Shown here one piece after another: positions 49,800-59,215 of a DNA stretch of 64,000 nt (the first letter of the stretch is position 1; every line of letters begins with the position of its first letter). The translations under genes and the position numbers were made by a program. The DNA is taken from NCBI GenBank assembly GCA_027036135.1, contig JALVSY010000007.1, positions 932,880-996,879 on the forward strand, in the 5' to 3' direction. The stretch comes from Pyrodictiaceae archaeon (lineage in GTDB: Archaea > Thermoproteota > Thermoprotei_A > Sulfolobales > Pyrodictiaceae). The notes under the pieces are model-generated. The model made no database searches and had not been told where the DNA came from. It saw only the letters and a list, made by a program, of their open reading frames with translations.

Positions 49800-50429
49800 C
49801 TAGCGGTTCTCTAATTCTTTTACGGCGCTGCTTATTTTTCTTAACATTAACTTGATTGCTGCCTCTTTGCCTGCTACCTCGCTAGGCGGAAGATATTCTA
49901 CGTGTACGTTCTTTATCAGCTTTGCCTGTGCGGCTAGGCGTTTATCACCGGTAAAGAAGATGACATGCATATTTTTCTTAGCTAGATGCTCTAGGAGCTT
50001 CATTACATCGTAATCATCTCTTGCTGGTTGCTGATATAATCGTGCACCGATCTTTACAGTTTTATCTATTCCTCTTCCAAGTATCTCGTGGAACTCTATG
50101 AAAGGCTCTCTGATTTCGCGCTCGAGTATCTCTGCAAATCCCTTAAACATCTGGTCGAATACAATAGCTATTCTATCAATCTTTTTCTCCTTCTGAACAA
50201 GTTCCTTACCAGGAGTAACTTCCTTCTCCTTCATAGTTGTATAGGCTAGTAGCTCCTCTATTTCAGATGGCTCAAGTATTGCTATCGAGGTTGCACGGTA
50301 AATGGTAATAGTTGAAGAGCACTTACTCTTTGCTTCTCTAAGAGCGTTAATTAGAGAAGTTGTCTCGAAAACTTTATTATCACAATGTACTATATAGATT
50401 CTCTTCATTTGTTGTCGCCTATCTAACAA
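49800..50429 (-). CDS. Hypothetical protein with PIN-like (Mut7-C/DUF5615-like) C-terminal domain
   Basis: IVFDQMF ... DDYD ... FFTGDKRL acidic pattern. Confidence 0.6.
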   Translation of the reverse strand: MLDRRQQMKRIYIVHCDNKVFETTSLINALREAKSKCSSTITIYRATSIAILEPSEIEELLAYTTMKEKEVTPGKELVQKEKKIDRIAIVFDQMFKGFAEILEREIREPFIEFHEILGRGIDKTVKIGARLYQQPARDDYDVMKLLEHLAKKNMHVIFFTGDKRLAAQAKLIKNVHVEYLPPSEVAGKEAAIKLMLRKISSAVKELENR

Positions 50430-50859
50430 TCATTACCGATATCGCGGAGTTGACCACAATAGAGAGCGCAACGCTACCAATAATTAGGTCCTCATTGGCT
50501 GTGTTCCCCCTAGCGCCTAGTATAACTAAGTCGTATCCACCTTCTACTATTTCCGATATTATCTCGTTCGCGATGCTGCTTGTGCTTGGCTCATAGCTTC
50601 TTAACTTAATGTTAACCCTGACCCCTCTCCTCTGTACGTGTTGCTCTATTGCCTTCCTTACTCTCTCTGGATCCTCTTTACTATTGTAGACGTAGAGAGC
50701 GGTTACCTTAGATCCGTAGCGTTGGGCGAAGTCAAGAGCGACATCAAGTGCTCTGAGGCTTATCTCGGAGCCATCTATAGGCACCAGTATCCGTCTAAAG
50801 AGATAGCTTATTCGATAAGTTGGCTCAGGTATATACTCTGCCATAGTTGCAGCACCCAT
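50419..50859 (-). CDS. Universal stress protein
   Basis: ILVPIDGS, DLVILGARG, IGSVA. Confidence 0.93.
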   Translation of the reverse strand: MGAATMAEYIPEPTYRISYLFRRILVPIDGSEISLRALDVALDFAQRYGSKVTALYVYNSKEDPERVRKAIEQHVQRRGVRVNIKLRSYEPSTSSIANEIISEIVEGGYDLVILGARGNTANEDLIIGSVALSIVVNSAISVMIVR

Positions 50860-50912
50860 GCCTAATCCTTCTTACGCAGTAGGAATCTCTTGATAAAAAA
50901 CCCAGGCTCCTT

Positions 50913-51944
50913 TTAAGGTATTCTTCCTCGGAGGAGGCCTAGTGTCTCGTCGGTTAGCTTTATGGACTCCTCAGGTGTTTTCGCTGCTTCTGTCAAGGCC
51001 CTTATTGCATCAATGTTCTCTGGGACAACAATCGATTCTTGATGGACCGCTTGCATCCACATTACTTCATCACCTCTTACGGTAATGCTTTCGAGCCATA
51101 TGGCTAGCTCGGGCATATCATACCGCTTCCTACCTATGTCGCGCATGTACTCTACTAGGTCGGCCGTACTCTTTAATCCGAGATCACTACTTACTAGTAT
51201 TATTCGCGGCGCGTTCTCGAATGCATTTAGCACATCGTTGAGAGTTATACTTGTCCCTAGTCTTGCATAGACTATGTGTACGTGCATAAGCGTCGTGGGC
51301 ACGACCACGGCGCTAGTCACTATATCTAACCAGGGTAGCACAGTCTGTACATCGGGGCCGTGGTGGCTTGGCAGCTTGGCTGGGTTAGGTACTATAGCGT
51401 TTACAGGGCCGCGCTTGATTTCCTTGGGGTCAGCGGCTCTGCGCACAATTGTTGCTCTAACGGACTTGACGCGGGCGACCCTGTTAAGCGTACATATGCT
51501 TCGGAGAAGAGCGGTGGTATTACACGACACTACGCGTATGCTTCTTTTGCCTAATGCTTGCTCATAGTTGCAAAGAGTGCTAAAAGACACCTCAGCGACA
51601 TCGGCTTTCTCGCCTCCCTGGAAAATCATCTTGACTCCGGCCTTCTCGTAAACGGGTTTATATGACGCTCCAACACCACCAGGTGTTGCATCAACTATTA
51701 CGTCGATGCTACCCAATAGATCCTCGAGAGTACCTGCTACTTCTATTCCTTTTTCACGGAATTTGTTGATGTTCTCTCTGAGCGTATATAGCTTTATCCC
51801 ATTCCTAGCAGCATATATAGCGCCATAATCGGGCCTCGTCTTAACGACGCCTACTAGCTCCATGTCTGGCTGTAGTCTTACTGCCTCTGCTACCCTCTTC
51901 CCTATAGTACCGAACCCGTTCACACCAACACGTATCCGGGCCAT
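50913..51944 (-). CDS. gap: Glyceraldehyde-3-phosphate dehydrogenase (archaeal type II)
   Basis: NGFGTIGKRVA, VVSCNTT, HQESIVVPENIDA. Confidence 0.97.
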   Translation of the reverse strand: MARIRVGVNGFGTIGKRVAEAVRLQPDMELVGVVKTRPDYGAIYAARNGIKLYTLRENINKFREKGIEVAGTLEDLLGSIDVIVDATPGGVGASYKPVYEKAGVKMIFQGGEKADVAEVSFSTLCNYEQALGKRSIRVVSCNTTALLRSICTLNRVARVKSVRATIVRRAADPKEIKRGPVNAIVPNPAKLPSHHGPDVQTVLPWLDIVTSAVVVPTTLMHVHIVYARLGTSITLNDVLNAFENAPRIILVSSDLGLKSTADLVEYMRDIGRKRYDMPELAIWLESITVRGDEVMWMQAVHQESIVVPENIDAIRALTEAAKTPEESIKLTDETLGLLRGRIP

Positions 51945-52008
51945 GAGCCTACACCTCTAGAGTCTTCATCCACGTGTATAGTAATGAATTTGTAGAGTAT
52001 ATGAGTGA

Positions 52009-53271
52009 CTAGAGCTCGGGGAAAAACTTCTTCGCAGACATGCTGAGAGCCACGAGTCCAGGTAGATCCTCGCCTGCTAGGAATAGTAGAAGTGCTCCAC
52101 CACCAGTACTTACGTGCAAGTTAGGTCTATTCTGGGCTCCGAGCTCGGCTATGATAGCATTTAAGTGGCCTCCTCCAACTATCACGTATGCATTGCTGCT
52201 AAGCGCGGCCTTTACTAATTCGAGGCTTCCCTCACGGAAGCGTGGATCCTCGATTACACCAGCAGGCCCCCTCATTACTATAAGTCTTGCCTCCTTCATG
52301 AACTCTGTATAGACCCTAATCGTTTGCGGTCCTATGTCTCGTATAATGCCTTGAATATTTCCTAGGCTCTCTACTCGAACCTCGTTGTCAACGAGTGTCT
52401 TGAAGTCTATGGGTGTTTCCACTGGTAGCCCTCTAAGCAGCAGCCTTCTAGCTCTCGGTATGAGTGGTAGTATGCCTTTGGTCTCAAGTATTCTTCTATT
52501 CTTTTCTCCTATATCCAGCCCCTTGGCCACGATGAACAACTCCGCTATGAGCCCTGTTAGAAGTATGCGATCCGCTATCTGGTTTGCGTGCAAGTGCTCC
52601 AAGATACGTAGAGTGTCATGCACCTTTCCACCGCCTAAGACGAATACCCTGGGTCTCTCCTCTCGCCTATACAGCTTGGCTAACGCGCTCAGTTCCTTCT
52701 CCATTACTCTACCAGCAGCAGAGGGTAGGACTAACGGAAATCCTACTATGCTTGGCTGGCTACGATGCGCTGTAGCAAAGGCATCATTTATGTAGTAATT
52801 AAACAGTGGCGCAAGCCTTTGTACAAATATGCTCTTTGCATGCTTCTCAGGAGTAGCCTCAATAATCTCCTCAGAGACCAGCCTTGTGTTATCCAGTAGG
52901 AGTATCTCTCCCGGTCTTAGATCCTTTATCTCCTTTCTTGCAGCAGGGCCGATGACGTCATCGATGAACTTCACTGGCACACCTACATATTTTTCGAGAA
53001 GCTTTGCGTGCTCACCTAGACTTACAAAATCGTCTCCACCAGGCCTACCTTGGTGCGACATTATCACGACTGCGGCTCCGCGCTCAGCTAGCTCCCTAAC
53101 AGTAACACTATGCGCTCTTATCCTGCTATCATCGAGGATTTTCCCCGTCTCCGGCTCAATAGGGCTATTAATGTCTATCCTAAGCAGGATCTTAGCGCCC
53201 TTAATGCCATAGCGTTCATCGAGATCGTCTATTGTTGGTATTTTTTGCCCGTTGCGAAGAATGCACGGCAA
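52009..53271 (-). CDS. pgk: Phosphoglycerate kinase
   Basis: RIDINSP, SHQGRPG, NDAFATAHR, STGGGA. Confidence 0.97.
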   Translation of the reverse strand: MPCILRNGQKIPTIDDLDERYGIKGAKILLRIDINSPIEPETGKILDDSRIRAHSVTVRELAERGAAVVIMSHQGRPGGDDFVSLGEHAKLLEKYVGVPVKFIDDVIGPAARKEIKDLRPGEILLLDNTRLVSEEIIEATPEKHAKSIFVQRLAPLFNYYINDAFATAHRSQPSIVGFPLVLPSAAGRVMEKELSALAKLYRREERPRVFVLGGGKVHDTLRILEHLHANQIADRILLTGLIAELFIVAKGLDIGEKNRRILETKGILPLIPRARRLLLRGLPVETPIDFKTLVDNEVRVESLGNIQGIIRDIGPQTIRVYTEFMKEARLIVMRGPAGVIEDPRFREGSLELVKAALSSNAYVIVGGGHLNAIIAELGAQNRPNLHVSTGGGALLLFLAGEDLPGLVALSMSAKKFFPEL

Positions 53272-53364
53272 GAACGCGCCCCGTGTTCGAATAAGGAGCT
53301 ATAGAAGCGGCAATCGAATAAAAAGTTATGTAAAGCTCTACAAGTCACATGTAATCAAACCCCG

Positions 53365-53435
53365 GAGGGTTGTGAGGACATACCCCGGGAACGAACTGAG
53401 ACCCTTGTGACGAGGTGGTCCTTCGCCGAACCCTC
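53365..53435 (+). ncRNA. Box C/D guide sRNA, double guide to the SSU rRNA central domain
   Basis: GAGGGT/ACCCTC stem; C GTGAGGA, guide taccccggga, D' CTGA, C' GTGACGA, guide ggtggtcct, D CCGA. Confidence 0.88.
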
Positions 53436-53442
53436 TTCACTC

Positions 53443-56103
53443 CTATGTATATGCTTCTCTGGGTTTCGCTGCTTGCCTTGCTCGTAGAAGCTCCATTACT
53501 TTAGCGTGTAGCTCCATTAGTAGCTTCTTCCTATCCTCCATGAGTACTATATCGCTATAGCCTCTAGCAACTATATGGTGAGCAAATGGGCTCGGTATAT
53601 GCGTCGGGCCAAAGAATTCTACAACGATATCGCCACTATGTATCCACTCTAGTACTTTTTTCGCGTTATTTATATCCATGTAATCCTCTAGTATCTCTCT
53701 GTAGGCTTCACGTAGGATCGGGAATCTAGGTATTCGTTCAACGGCCTCGAGAAGTGCTTGCGCGTTAAGCTGCAAGCGATGCGGGTCTCGCTTCCTGCCA
53801 TGGTATCGTCTGAGTATCATGAGTGCTCTCTCAGCGCAATGCCTAAACCTTCTCTTTAAGAGCTCTGTGCTACGAAGAACCCTATGCAATATTTCCTCGA
53901 TATTAGTTGGCGAGACGCTGTATACTAGCTCTTCTAGATCGATTTCGCTTCTTAACCCACTAACTGTGAGCATGAAAGCATTATCGGTAATAGTTATCCT
54001 TACATTTGTCCTTAACATATTGGATAACATGTATGCATATGCTCTTGAGAGCGTATCATTTACTCTCCTGCCGAAGAGCGAGTGAAATATTATTGAGGTT
54101 GCCTGGTTCTCCTCGTCAAGGAAATGTTCTACTAGGACCATCTTATCGCTGGGAACAAGTCCGTCGGTGAACAAGTATTGCTCGAGCACATAGTTGTATA
54201 TATTCTCGGCAGCATGCTCCTCAAGCCTATATTCTTTCGCGATGAGTTCCACTGCCCTAGCCTTGGGAATGTCTTGCTCTATTAGATCTTTGACCCAGCG
54301 TCTAAATGCCCCAACAAGTAATGCGGAATCAAAGGCCAGAGGCAGCATCTCTGAATACCAGCTCGGAACAGTTGGTCGTGCACCCTCAGCTCTTTTCACG
54401 ACTATACGCATGCCGTCCGACTTTAGAAACTCGTATGTCCGCCCACCTAGTACAAATATGTCACCGGGTGAAAGTAGCTGCACAAAGCCCTCTTCGAGAT
54501 CCCCAACATATTTCCCGTCAAGTGTGAACACGTGGACCTTTGCCTCGTCTGGTATAGTGCCGCTATTCATATAGTAAATCGATCTCGAGCCCCTCTTTCG
54601 TCCAAAAACGCCCTCGTCCTCATCAAGCCATATCTTGGCATAAACCCGGTAATCTTCTAAGCCGTAGCGCCCGGCTAAGTATCTCAGTACGTCCATGAAC
54701 TCCTCGTAGCTTAGGTCGCGGTATGGGTATGCTCTCTTCACCAGCCTGTATGCTTCCTCTATTTGCCACTTCTTTTCAAGCGACATGCCGACTATGTGCT
54801 GGGCTAGCACGTCGAGCGGCTTCTTAGGAATATGTATCTTGTCTATCTTTCTATCCATCGCTGCCTTTGCTAATACGGTACACTCTACGAGATCGTCTCG
54901 GTCAACTACAATTATTCTTCCCTTACTTACTTGGCGAATATGGTGCCCAGCTCTTCCTATACGTTGCAGGAGCCTTGACACGCTTTTCGGACTACTAAGC
55001 AAAACCACCAAATCTATATAACCAATATCTATACCTAGCTCGAGACTAGTCGAGGACACAACTACTTTGAGTTCTCCCCTCTTTAGCTTCTCCTCAACGC
55101 TTAGCCGGACATCGCGGCTAAGACTGCTATGATGAGCCTCTATCTCATCCATATCAGCTATTCCTTGCTCTTTAAGTATTTTCTTAAGCTTGTAGACAAC
55201 TCGCTCAGTAGCGCTCCTAGTGTTAGTGAATATCAGCGTTGTCCTATGCTCTTGTATGAGCTTCGCCAACAACCTATAAATGGCTTCATTAACCACGTCC
55301 GCGGGGGTGTGGATTAAGTCCCTAACAGGACATAGCACCCTAACATCTATCGGTTTAGCGAATCGAGCATCAACTATTATACAGTCACGTGGTTCCCCGT
55401 CGTCTCTGTAGCCGACAAGAAACTTAGCAACCTCCTCGAGAGGAGCAATTGTAGCAGATAGCCCTATTCTTTGAAGCTGTTCCCCCGCTAGATACGTCAG
55501 TCTCTCAAGGGATAAGCTTAGATGTGTACCCCGCTTACTCGATGCAAGTTCATGTATCTCGTCAACTATGAGCCATCGTGCTGTTGCTAGTCGCTCCCGA
55601 AACTTAGGAGCCGATAGGGCTATCCCTAGGCTCTCCGGTGTTGTGATCAGTATATGTGGTGGATCGCGAAGCATCTTCTGCTTCTCGTGAGGAGGAGTAT
55701 CGCTTGTTCTCACAGCTACCTTTATCTCAGGTAAGTCTCTCTCCTCCTTCGTTTTTGCGTACTCGCGGATTTCTCGGAGTGGTTGGAGAAGGTTGCGTCT
55801 CATATCGTTGTTAAGAGCGCGTAGAGGCGATACATAGATAGCATATATCTTGTCCTCTAGTTCGCCGTTCTCAGCGAGCCTAAAGAACTCATCTATAATT
55901 CCCAGGAATACGGCAAGTGTTTTACCAGTACCAGTAGGCGACGATAATAGTACGTTGTGGCCTTGTTTTATCAATGGTATTGCGCATTTCTGTGGAGTAG
56001 TAAAGGAGCCATATTTGTTCCTAAACCAGCCAGCTACGTAGCTACGCAGCATAGAGTATACTTCTTCGTCGCGCCAGCACTGCTCTAGCCACTTAATCGG
56101 CAT
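53443..56103 (-). CDS. lhr: Lhr-core SF2 helicase (aLhr2-like)
   Basis: SPTGTGKT, SPLRAL, TTPES, DEIH, SAT, LELGID, QRIGRAGH; start ATG 56103 or GTG 56127. Confidence 0.93.
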   Translation of the reverse strand: MPIKWLEQCWRDEEVYSMLRSYVAGWFRNKYGSFTTPQKCAIPLIKQGHNVLLSSPTGTGKTLAVFLGIIDEFFRLAENGELEDKIYAIYVSPLRALNNDMRRNLLQPLREIREYAKTKEERDLPEIKVAVRTSDTPPHEKQKMLRDPPHILITTPESLGIALSAPKFRERLATARWLIVDEIHELASSKRGTHLSLSLERLTYLAGEQLQRIGLSATIAPLEEVAKFLVGYRDDGEPRDCIIVDARFAKPIDVRVLCPVRDLIHTPADVVNEAIYRLLAKLIQEHRTTLIFTNTRSATERVVYKLKKILKEQGIADMDEIEAHHSSLSRDVRLSVEEKLKRGELKVVVSSTSLELGIDIGYIDLVVLLSSPKSVSRLLQRIGRAGHHIRQVSKGRIIVVDRDDLVECTVLAKAAMDRKIDKIHIPKKPLDVLAQHIVGMSLEKKWQIEEAYRLVKRAYPYRDLSYEEFMDVLRYLAGRYGLEDYRVYAKIWLDEDEGVFGRKRGSRSIYYMNSGTIPDEAKVHVFTLDGKYVGDLEEGFVQLLSPGDIFVLGGRTYEFLKSDGMRIVVKRAEGARPTVPSWYSEMLPLAFDSALLVGAFRRWVKDLIEQDIPKARAVELIAKEYRLEEHAAENIYNYVLEQYLFTDGLVPSDKMVLVEHFLDEENQATSIIFHSLFGRRVNDTLSRAYAYMLSNMLRTNVRITITDNAFMLTVSGLRSEIDLEELVYSVSPTNIEEILHRVLRSTELLKRRFRHCAERALMILRRYHGRKRDPHRLQLNAQALLEAVERIPRFPILREAYREILEDYMDINNAKKVLEWIHSGDIVVEFFGPTHIPSPFAHHIVARGYSDIVLMEDRKKLLMELHAKVMELLRARQAAKPREAYT

Positions 56104-56242
56104 TGCTTGTCCCCGCTCCTTTAACACTTGTTTCCTATACTCCTGTACCGGGGCTAAGAGCGTTTAGCTCCTAGGCCCAAAGGCCTTTAATCTCTAAGCA
56201 ATCCAGTGTTACTTATACCATTTTCATAGGGGATGATACCTA

Positions 56243-56452
56243 GTGCCAAAAACCGTCATAATAACTTTCAAGGCCCCAGCAGAGCTGGTAGAGAGACTAG
56301 ACGAGCTAGTAAGTGCCGGGTTCTTCCGAAATAGAAGCGAGGCGCTGCGACACGCGCTCGTCATGCTAATCAATAAGTATGGGGTAGTAGGTCTTGCTAG
56401 TGAAGAAGGCAAAGCTAACGAAGGAGGACTTGGAGACCCTGTACAAGCTTAG
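56243..56452 (+). CDS. Ribbon-helix-helix (CopG/MetJ-like) regulator
   Basis: IITFKAPAELVERLDELV..G.FRNRSEALR. Confidence 0.88.
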   Translation: MPKTVIITFKAPAELVERLDELVSAGFFRNRSEALRHALVMLINKYGVVGLASEEGKANEGGLGDPVQA

Positions 56453-56720
56453 AGAAATGATAACTAATCTATCCTCCGAGGAGCTAACGGTTTTCAGTTA
56501 CGTCTGGGATAATATTTCTGTAGGCGAAATACTGTTCGAGCGAGACCTATACCGAATACACCGTGTACAAAAACCAATACTGGTAGCCAGGAGGCTACGC
56601 GAAAAAGGCCTCATCGAGAGAGGCGAGGGCTGCTACAACTTAGCCCGATGGCTCCGCCCACTGCGAAAAAAGATACAGAGCTTTAACGACCTTAGAACAC
56701 TTATCGATAAGCTTCCATAG
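56394..56720 (+). CDS. Small winged-helix-like protein
   Basis: LSSEELTVFSYV .. ARRLREKGLIERGEGCYNL. Confidence 0.7.
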   Translation: MLVKKAKLTKEDLETLYKLREMITNLSSEELTVFSYVWDNISVGEILFERDLYRIHRVQKPILVARRLREKGLIERGEGCYNLARWLRPLRKKIQSFNDLRTLIDKLP

Positions 56721-56764
56721 GCGCTTAGTACACTGCACTAATTGGTAAGCTCAGGCGATAATCC

Positions 56765-57385
56765 ATGAGTGTACTCGAAGAAATCTATAGCATTAAGCAA
56801 AAAGAGTTCACAGAAAAGCTAAAAGAGATGACAGATTCTAGGACAATATATGTAACAGACCTCGTCTCTTGTAGTATGAAGCGTATTATGCGTATTCGTT
56901 ACCCTCTTCTTAGCTTCCGATTCGAGCCACCCATGATTCTTGGAGACTTGGTCCACGCCGGTCTTGAGAAGTTGCTAGAGGAGCAAGGGTGGAGAGCCGA
57001 GGTACAGATCGAGAAGAGAATAAGCATTGATGGCGAGGAATACCTGCTCAAAGGGAGAGCCGACCTGGTTCGGTACGCTAGCGGATCGCAGAATAGAGTA
57101 GAAGAGGTAATTGAGATAAAAACGGGGCGCGACCTACCCTCAAACACGCCTCATGAACACCATGTTCTTCAATTGAAGATATATCTATATCTCCTTGGTG
57201 CGCAGAGAGGCTACTTAGTATACATAACACCTGAAAGACTCGTGGAGTTCCCGGTGGATCCAGAGCCTATAGACTTAGAGATGCTTGTGAGAGAAACAGT
57301 GTATAATGAGAAGACTCCTCGTTATGAGTGGGAGTGCAAGTACTGTCCCTATAGAAGGATTTGTCCCTTTGCCAGAACGAGGTAG
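56765..57385 (+). CDS. cas4: Solo Cas4 (RecB-like PD-(D/E)XK nuclease with 4Fe-4S cysteines)
   Basis: TDLVSC, GDLVH, GRADLV, EIKTG, QLKIY, CKYCPYRRIC. Confidence 0.9.
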   Translation: MSVLEEIYSIKQKEFTEKLKEMTDSRTIYVTDLVSCSMKRIMRIRYPLLSFRFEPPMILGDLVHAGLEKLLEEQGWRAEVQIEKRISIDGEEYLLKGRADLVRYASGSQNRVEEVIEIKTGRDLPSNTPHEHHVLQLKIYLYLLGAQRGYLVYITPERLVEFPVDPEPIDLEMLVRETVYNEKTPRYEWECKYCPYRRICPFARTR

Positions 57386-57392
57386 CTTAGGC

Positions 57393-58139
57393 TTGGTGTA
57401 TAGGATTAAAGCAGACCTACATATGCATAGCACTTTCAGCGATGGACGCAACTCGCCGAAGGAGATCATACTCCGGGCTCTTGGCAAGGGGCTAGAAGCA
57501 ATAGCTATTACCGACCATGATACCTTCCAAGGCTCGATACATGCAAAGAGAATAGCCTCCTCGGAGAAACTCGATATAGTCGTAATTATAGGCGCCGAGA
57601 TAAGGACAAAGCAAGGCGACATTCTTGTCTACTGTCCCAGTGACCCTCTTGAAAAGGTACCACAGGACGCATTAGAGCTAGTTGATTATTCACACGAAAA
57701 TAATTGTATGGTTGTCCCGGCTCATCCATTTGATCTGAGAAGAAAAGGTATAGGTGAGCTAGTCTACGAAGCTCGGTGGGACGCCATTGAAGTGTTCAAT
57801 GCAATGAGTGACCCCATTAGTAATAAGCGTGCAGCCGAAGCAGCTCGTGAGCTAGGCTTACCTGGCCTTGCTAATAGCGACGCACATGTAGCTGACGCCG
57901 TAGGGTCAGCCTTCAACATAATAGAGACGAATAGCCTTGATCCGGGAGAAATACTTAGCTCGATTCGTGCCGGGAGAGTAACCCCGGTGCCTGGGCGCCC
58001 AGGTATGAAGGCAATAACCTCAACGCTCATGTGGAGTATTGAGCGTCGGCTCAAGAGGAGACGAAAAGGCCCAAGTCGGCTAGATTATGTAAGCGATGTA
58101 GATGAGGACTACTTCTATGGTGGAAAGTTACATGGATGA
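57393..58139 (+). CDS. PHP-family metal-dependent phosphoesterase
   Basis: DLHMHSTFSDG, AITDHD, GAEI, AHP, IEVFN, NSDAH; start moved to TTG 57393 or GTG 57396. Confidence 0.9.
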   Translation: MVYRIKADLHMHSTFSDGRNSPKEIILRALGKGLEAIAITDHDTFQGSIHAKRIASSEKLDIVVIIGAEIRTKQGDILVYCPSDPLEKVPQDALELVDYSHENNCMVVPAHPFDLRRKGIGELVYEARWDAIEVFNAMSDPISNKRAAEAARELGLPGLANSDAHVADAVGSAFNIIETNSLDPGEILSSIRAGRVTPVPGRPGMKAITSTLMWSIERRLKRRRKGPSRLDYVSDVDEDYFYGGKLHG

Positions 58140-59085
58140 GCGGAGTCTGGAGGTTTTTGAGATAACTGATCCTAGGGCGATAGCTGATAGACTTGCGTCG
58201 AGGATATCGAGGACGAGTAGAGAAATCGTTGAGAGAACACGCTCGGCTCTGGACATAAAGAGTATATGTAGTCCCGTACATTCTCAAATAGTCTATGCAA
58301 TCGACTCGGCCTATCCAAGTAGGCCCCTAGACCTAGTAGGATTATCAATAAGCCTTGTCGCGGTTGTATCAGTGAAATTCAAAGAGGGAGATAGAGTAGA
58401 AACACGTACTAAGAGGAGGCTTCTTGTGAGCTACTTTTCGGAGATAGAACAAGATCGTGTGGCCGCTTTTGCGAGAAAAGAGGAGAGACTAATAGCGCTT
58501 AGAGCCATAGAAGACGCCGACATGTTGCTAATTGATGGCGAGATAGTGCCCTACAAGCGTGCCCAAGGCTATTGGAAGGAGCCAGTAAGCCTAAGTATAG
58601 AGCTACTCGAGAAAGCTCTAAGGAAAGGTACCCCCATAGTGGGTGTTATAAAAAGAAGCTACTCAACCGAGCTAGCACGAGAACTAGGACTCAGTCTTAA
58701 CGATAAATCGATAGCATCACTCGTATTGAGGCGCGGCGAGTTCATAGAGATAAGGCCCGGCTTCGGTGTGCTAAGAGAGCATGGATGTAAGGTTATATAT
58801 TATAAGCCTCTCCGAGGCCTCGGAGAGGCGGTAAAGCTAGAAGCTTGTATACCTAGCGGTGGGCCAGATACATGCGAGATAGTATCATATTTAGCACGCG
58901 AAGCTGGATCCTCGGGGCTTCCCTGGATCATCGATCTTGTTGACTCTCTTTCGAAGAAGGAAGTATCCATGATAGAGGCTATACGGAGCACATTGCTTAA
59001 CAAATTAGCAATTTATGGGGGAGAGAACATTGTAGTGGGTTATCCAACAAATCCCCAGGAGAAGAGAACGGGTTATAGAGAATAG
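58132..59085 (+). CDS. NurA-family nuclease (orphan)
   Basis: YAIDSA, LLIDGE, VGVIKRS, GLPWIIDLVDSLSK; start probably ATG 58132, overlapping the PHP stop. Confidence 0.75.
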   Translation: MDERSLEVFEITDPRAIADRLASRISRTSREIVERTRSALDIKSICSPVHSQIVYAIDSAYPSRPLDLVGLSISLVAVVSVKFKEGDRVETRTKRRLLVSYFSEIEQDRVAAFARKEERLIALRAIEDADMLLIDGEIVPYKRAQGYWKEPVSLSIELLEKALRKGTPIVGVIKRSYSTELARELGLSLNDKSIASLVLRRGEFIEIRPGFGVLREHGCKVIYYKPLRGLGEAVKLEACIPSGGPDTCEIVSYLAREAGSSGLPWIIDLVDSLSKKEVSMIEAIRSTLLNKLAIYGGENIVVGYPTNPQEKRTGYRE

Positions 59086-59090
59086 TGAGG

Positions 59091-59180
59091 TATTGTCTGC
59101 CCCCGACCCCCAGCCGCAGAGGGATCCGCTGTTCATCCAGCCCCCAGTTGAGGGGGTGTTGCAGCGGCGAGCTCCGCCCG
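59091..59180 (-). ncRNA. Candidate structured small RNA between convergent genes
   Basis: GC-rich nested stems GCGGAG/CUCUGC, CCGCUG/CAGCGG, CCCCC/GGGGG with an AUGA internal loop and a distal ACA; strand uncertain. Confidence 0.45.
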
Positions 59181-59215
59181 TATATGTAGTAGGTATTTCC
59201 CGAGTAAGTTATTGG

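Noticed and set aside
2391-59180. tRNA, SRP or RNase P identity for the GC-rich intergenic hairpins
   Set aside because: No cloverleaf or TTCGA T-loop, and all are too short for SRP or RNase P RNA
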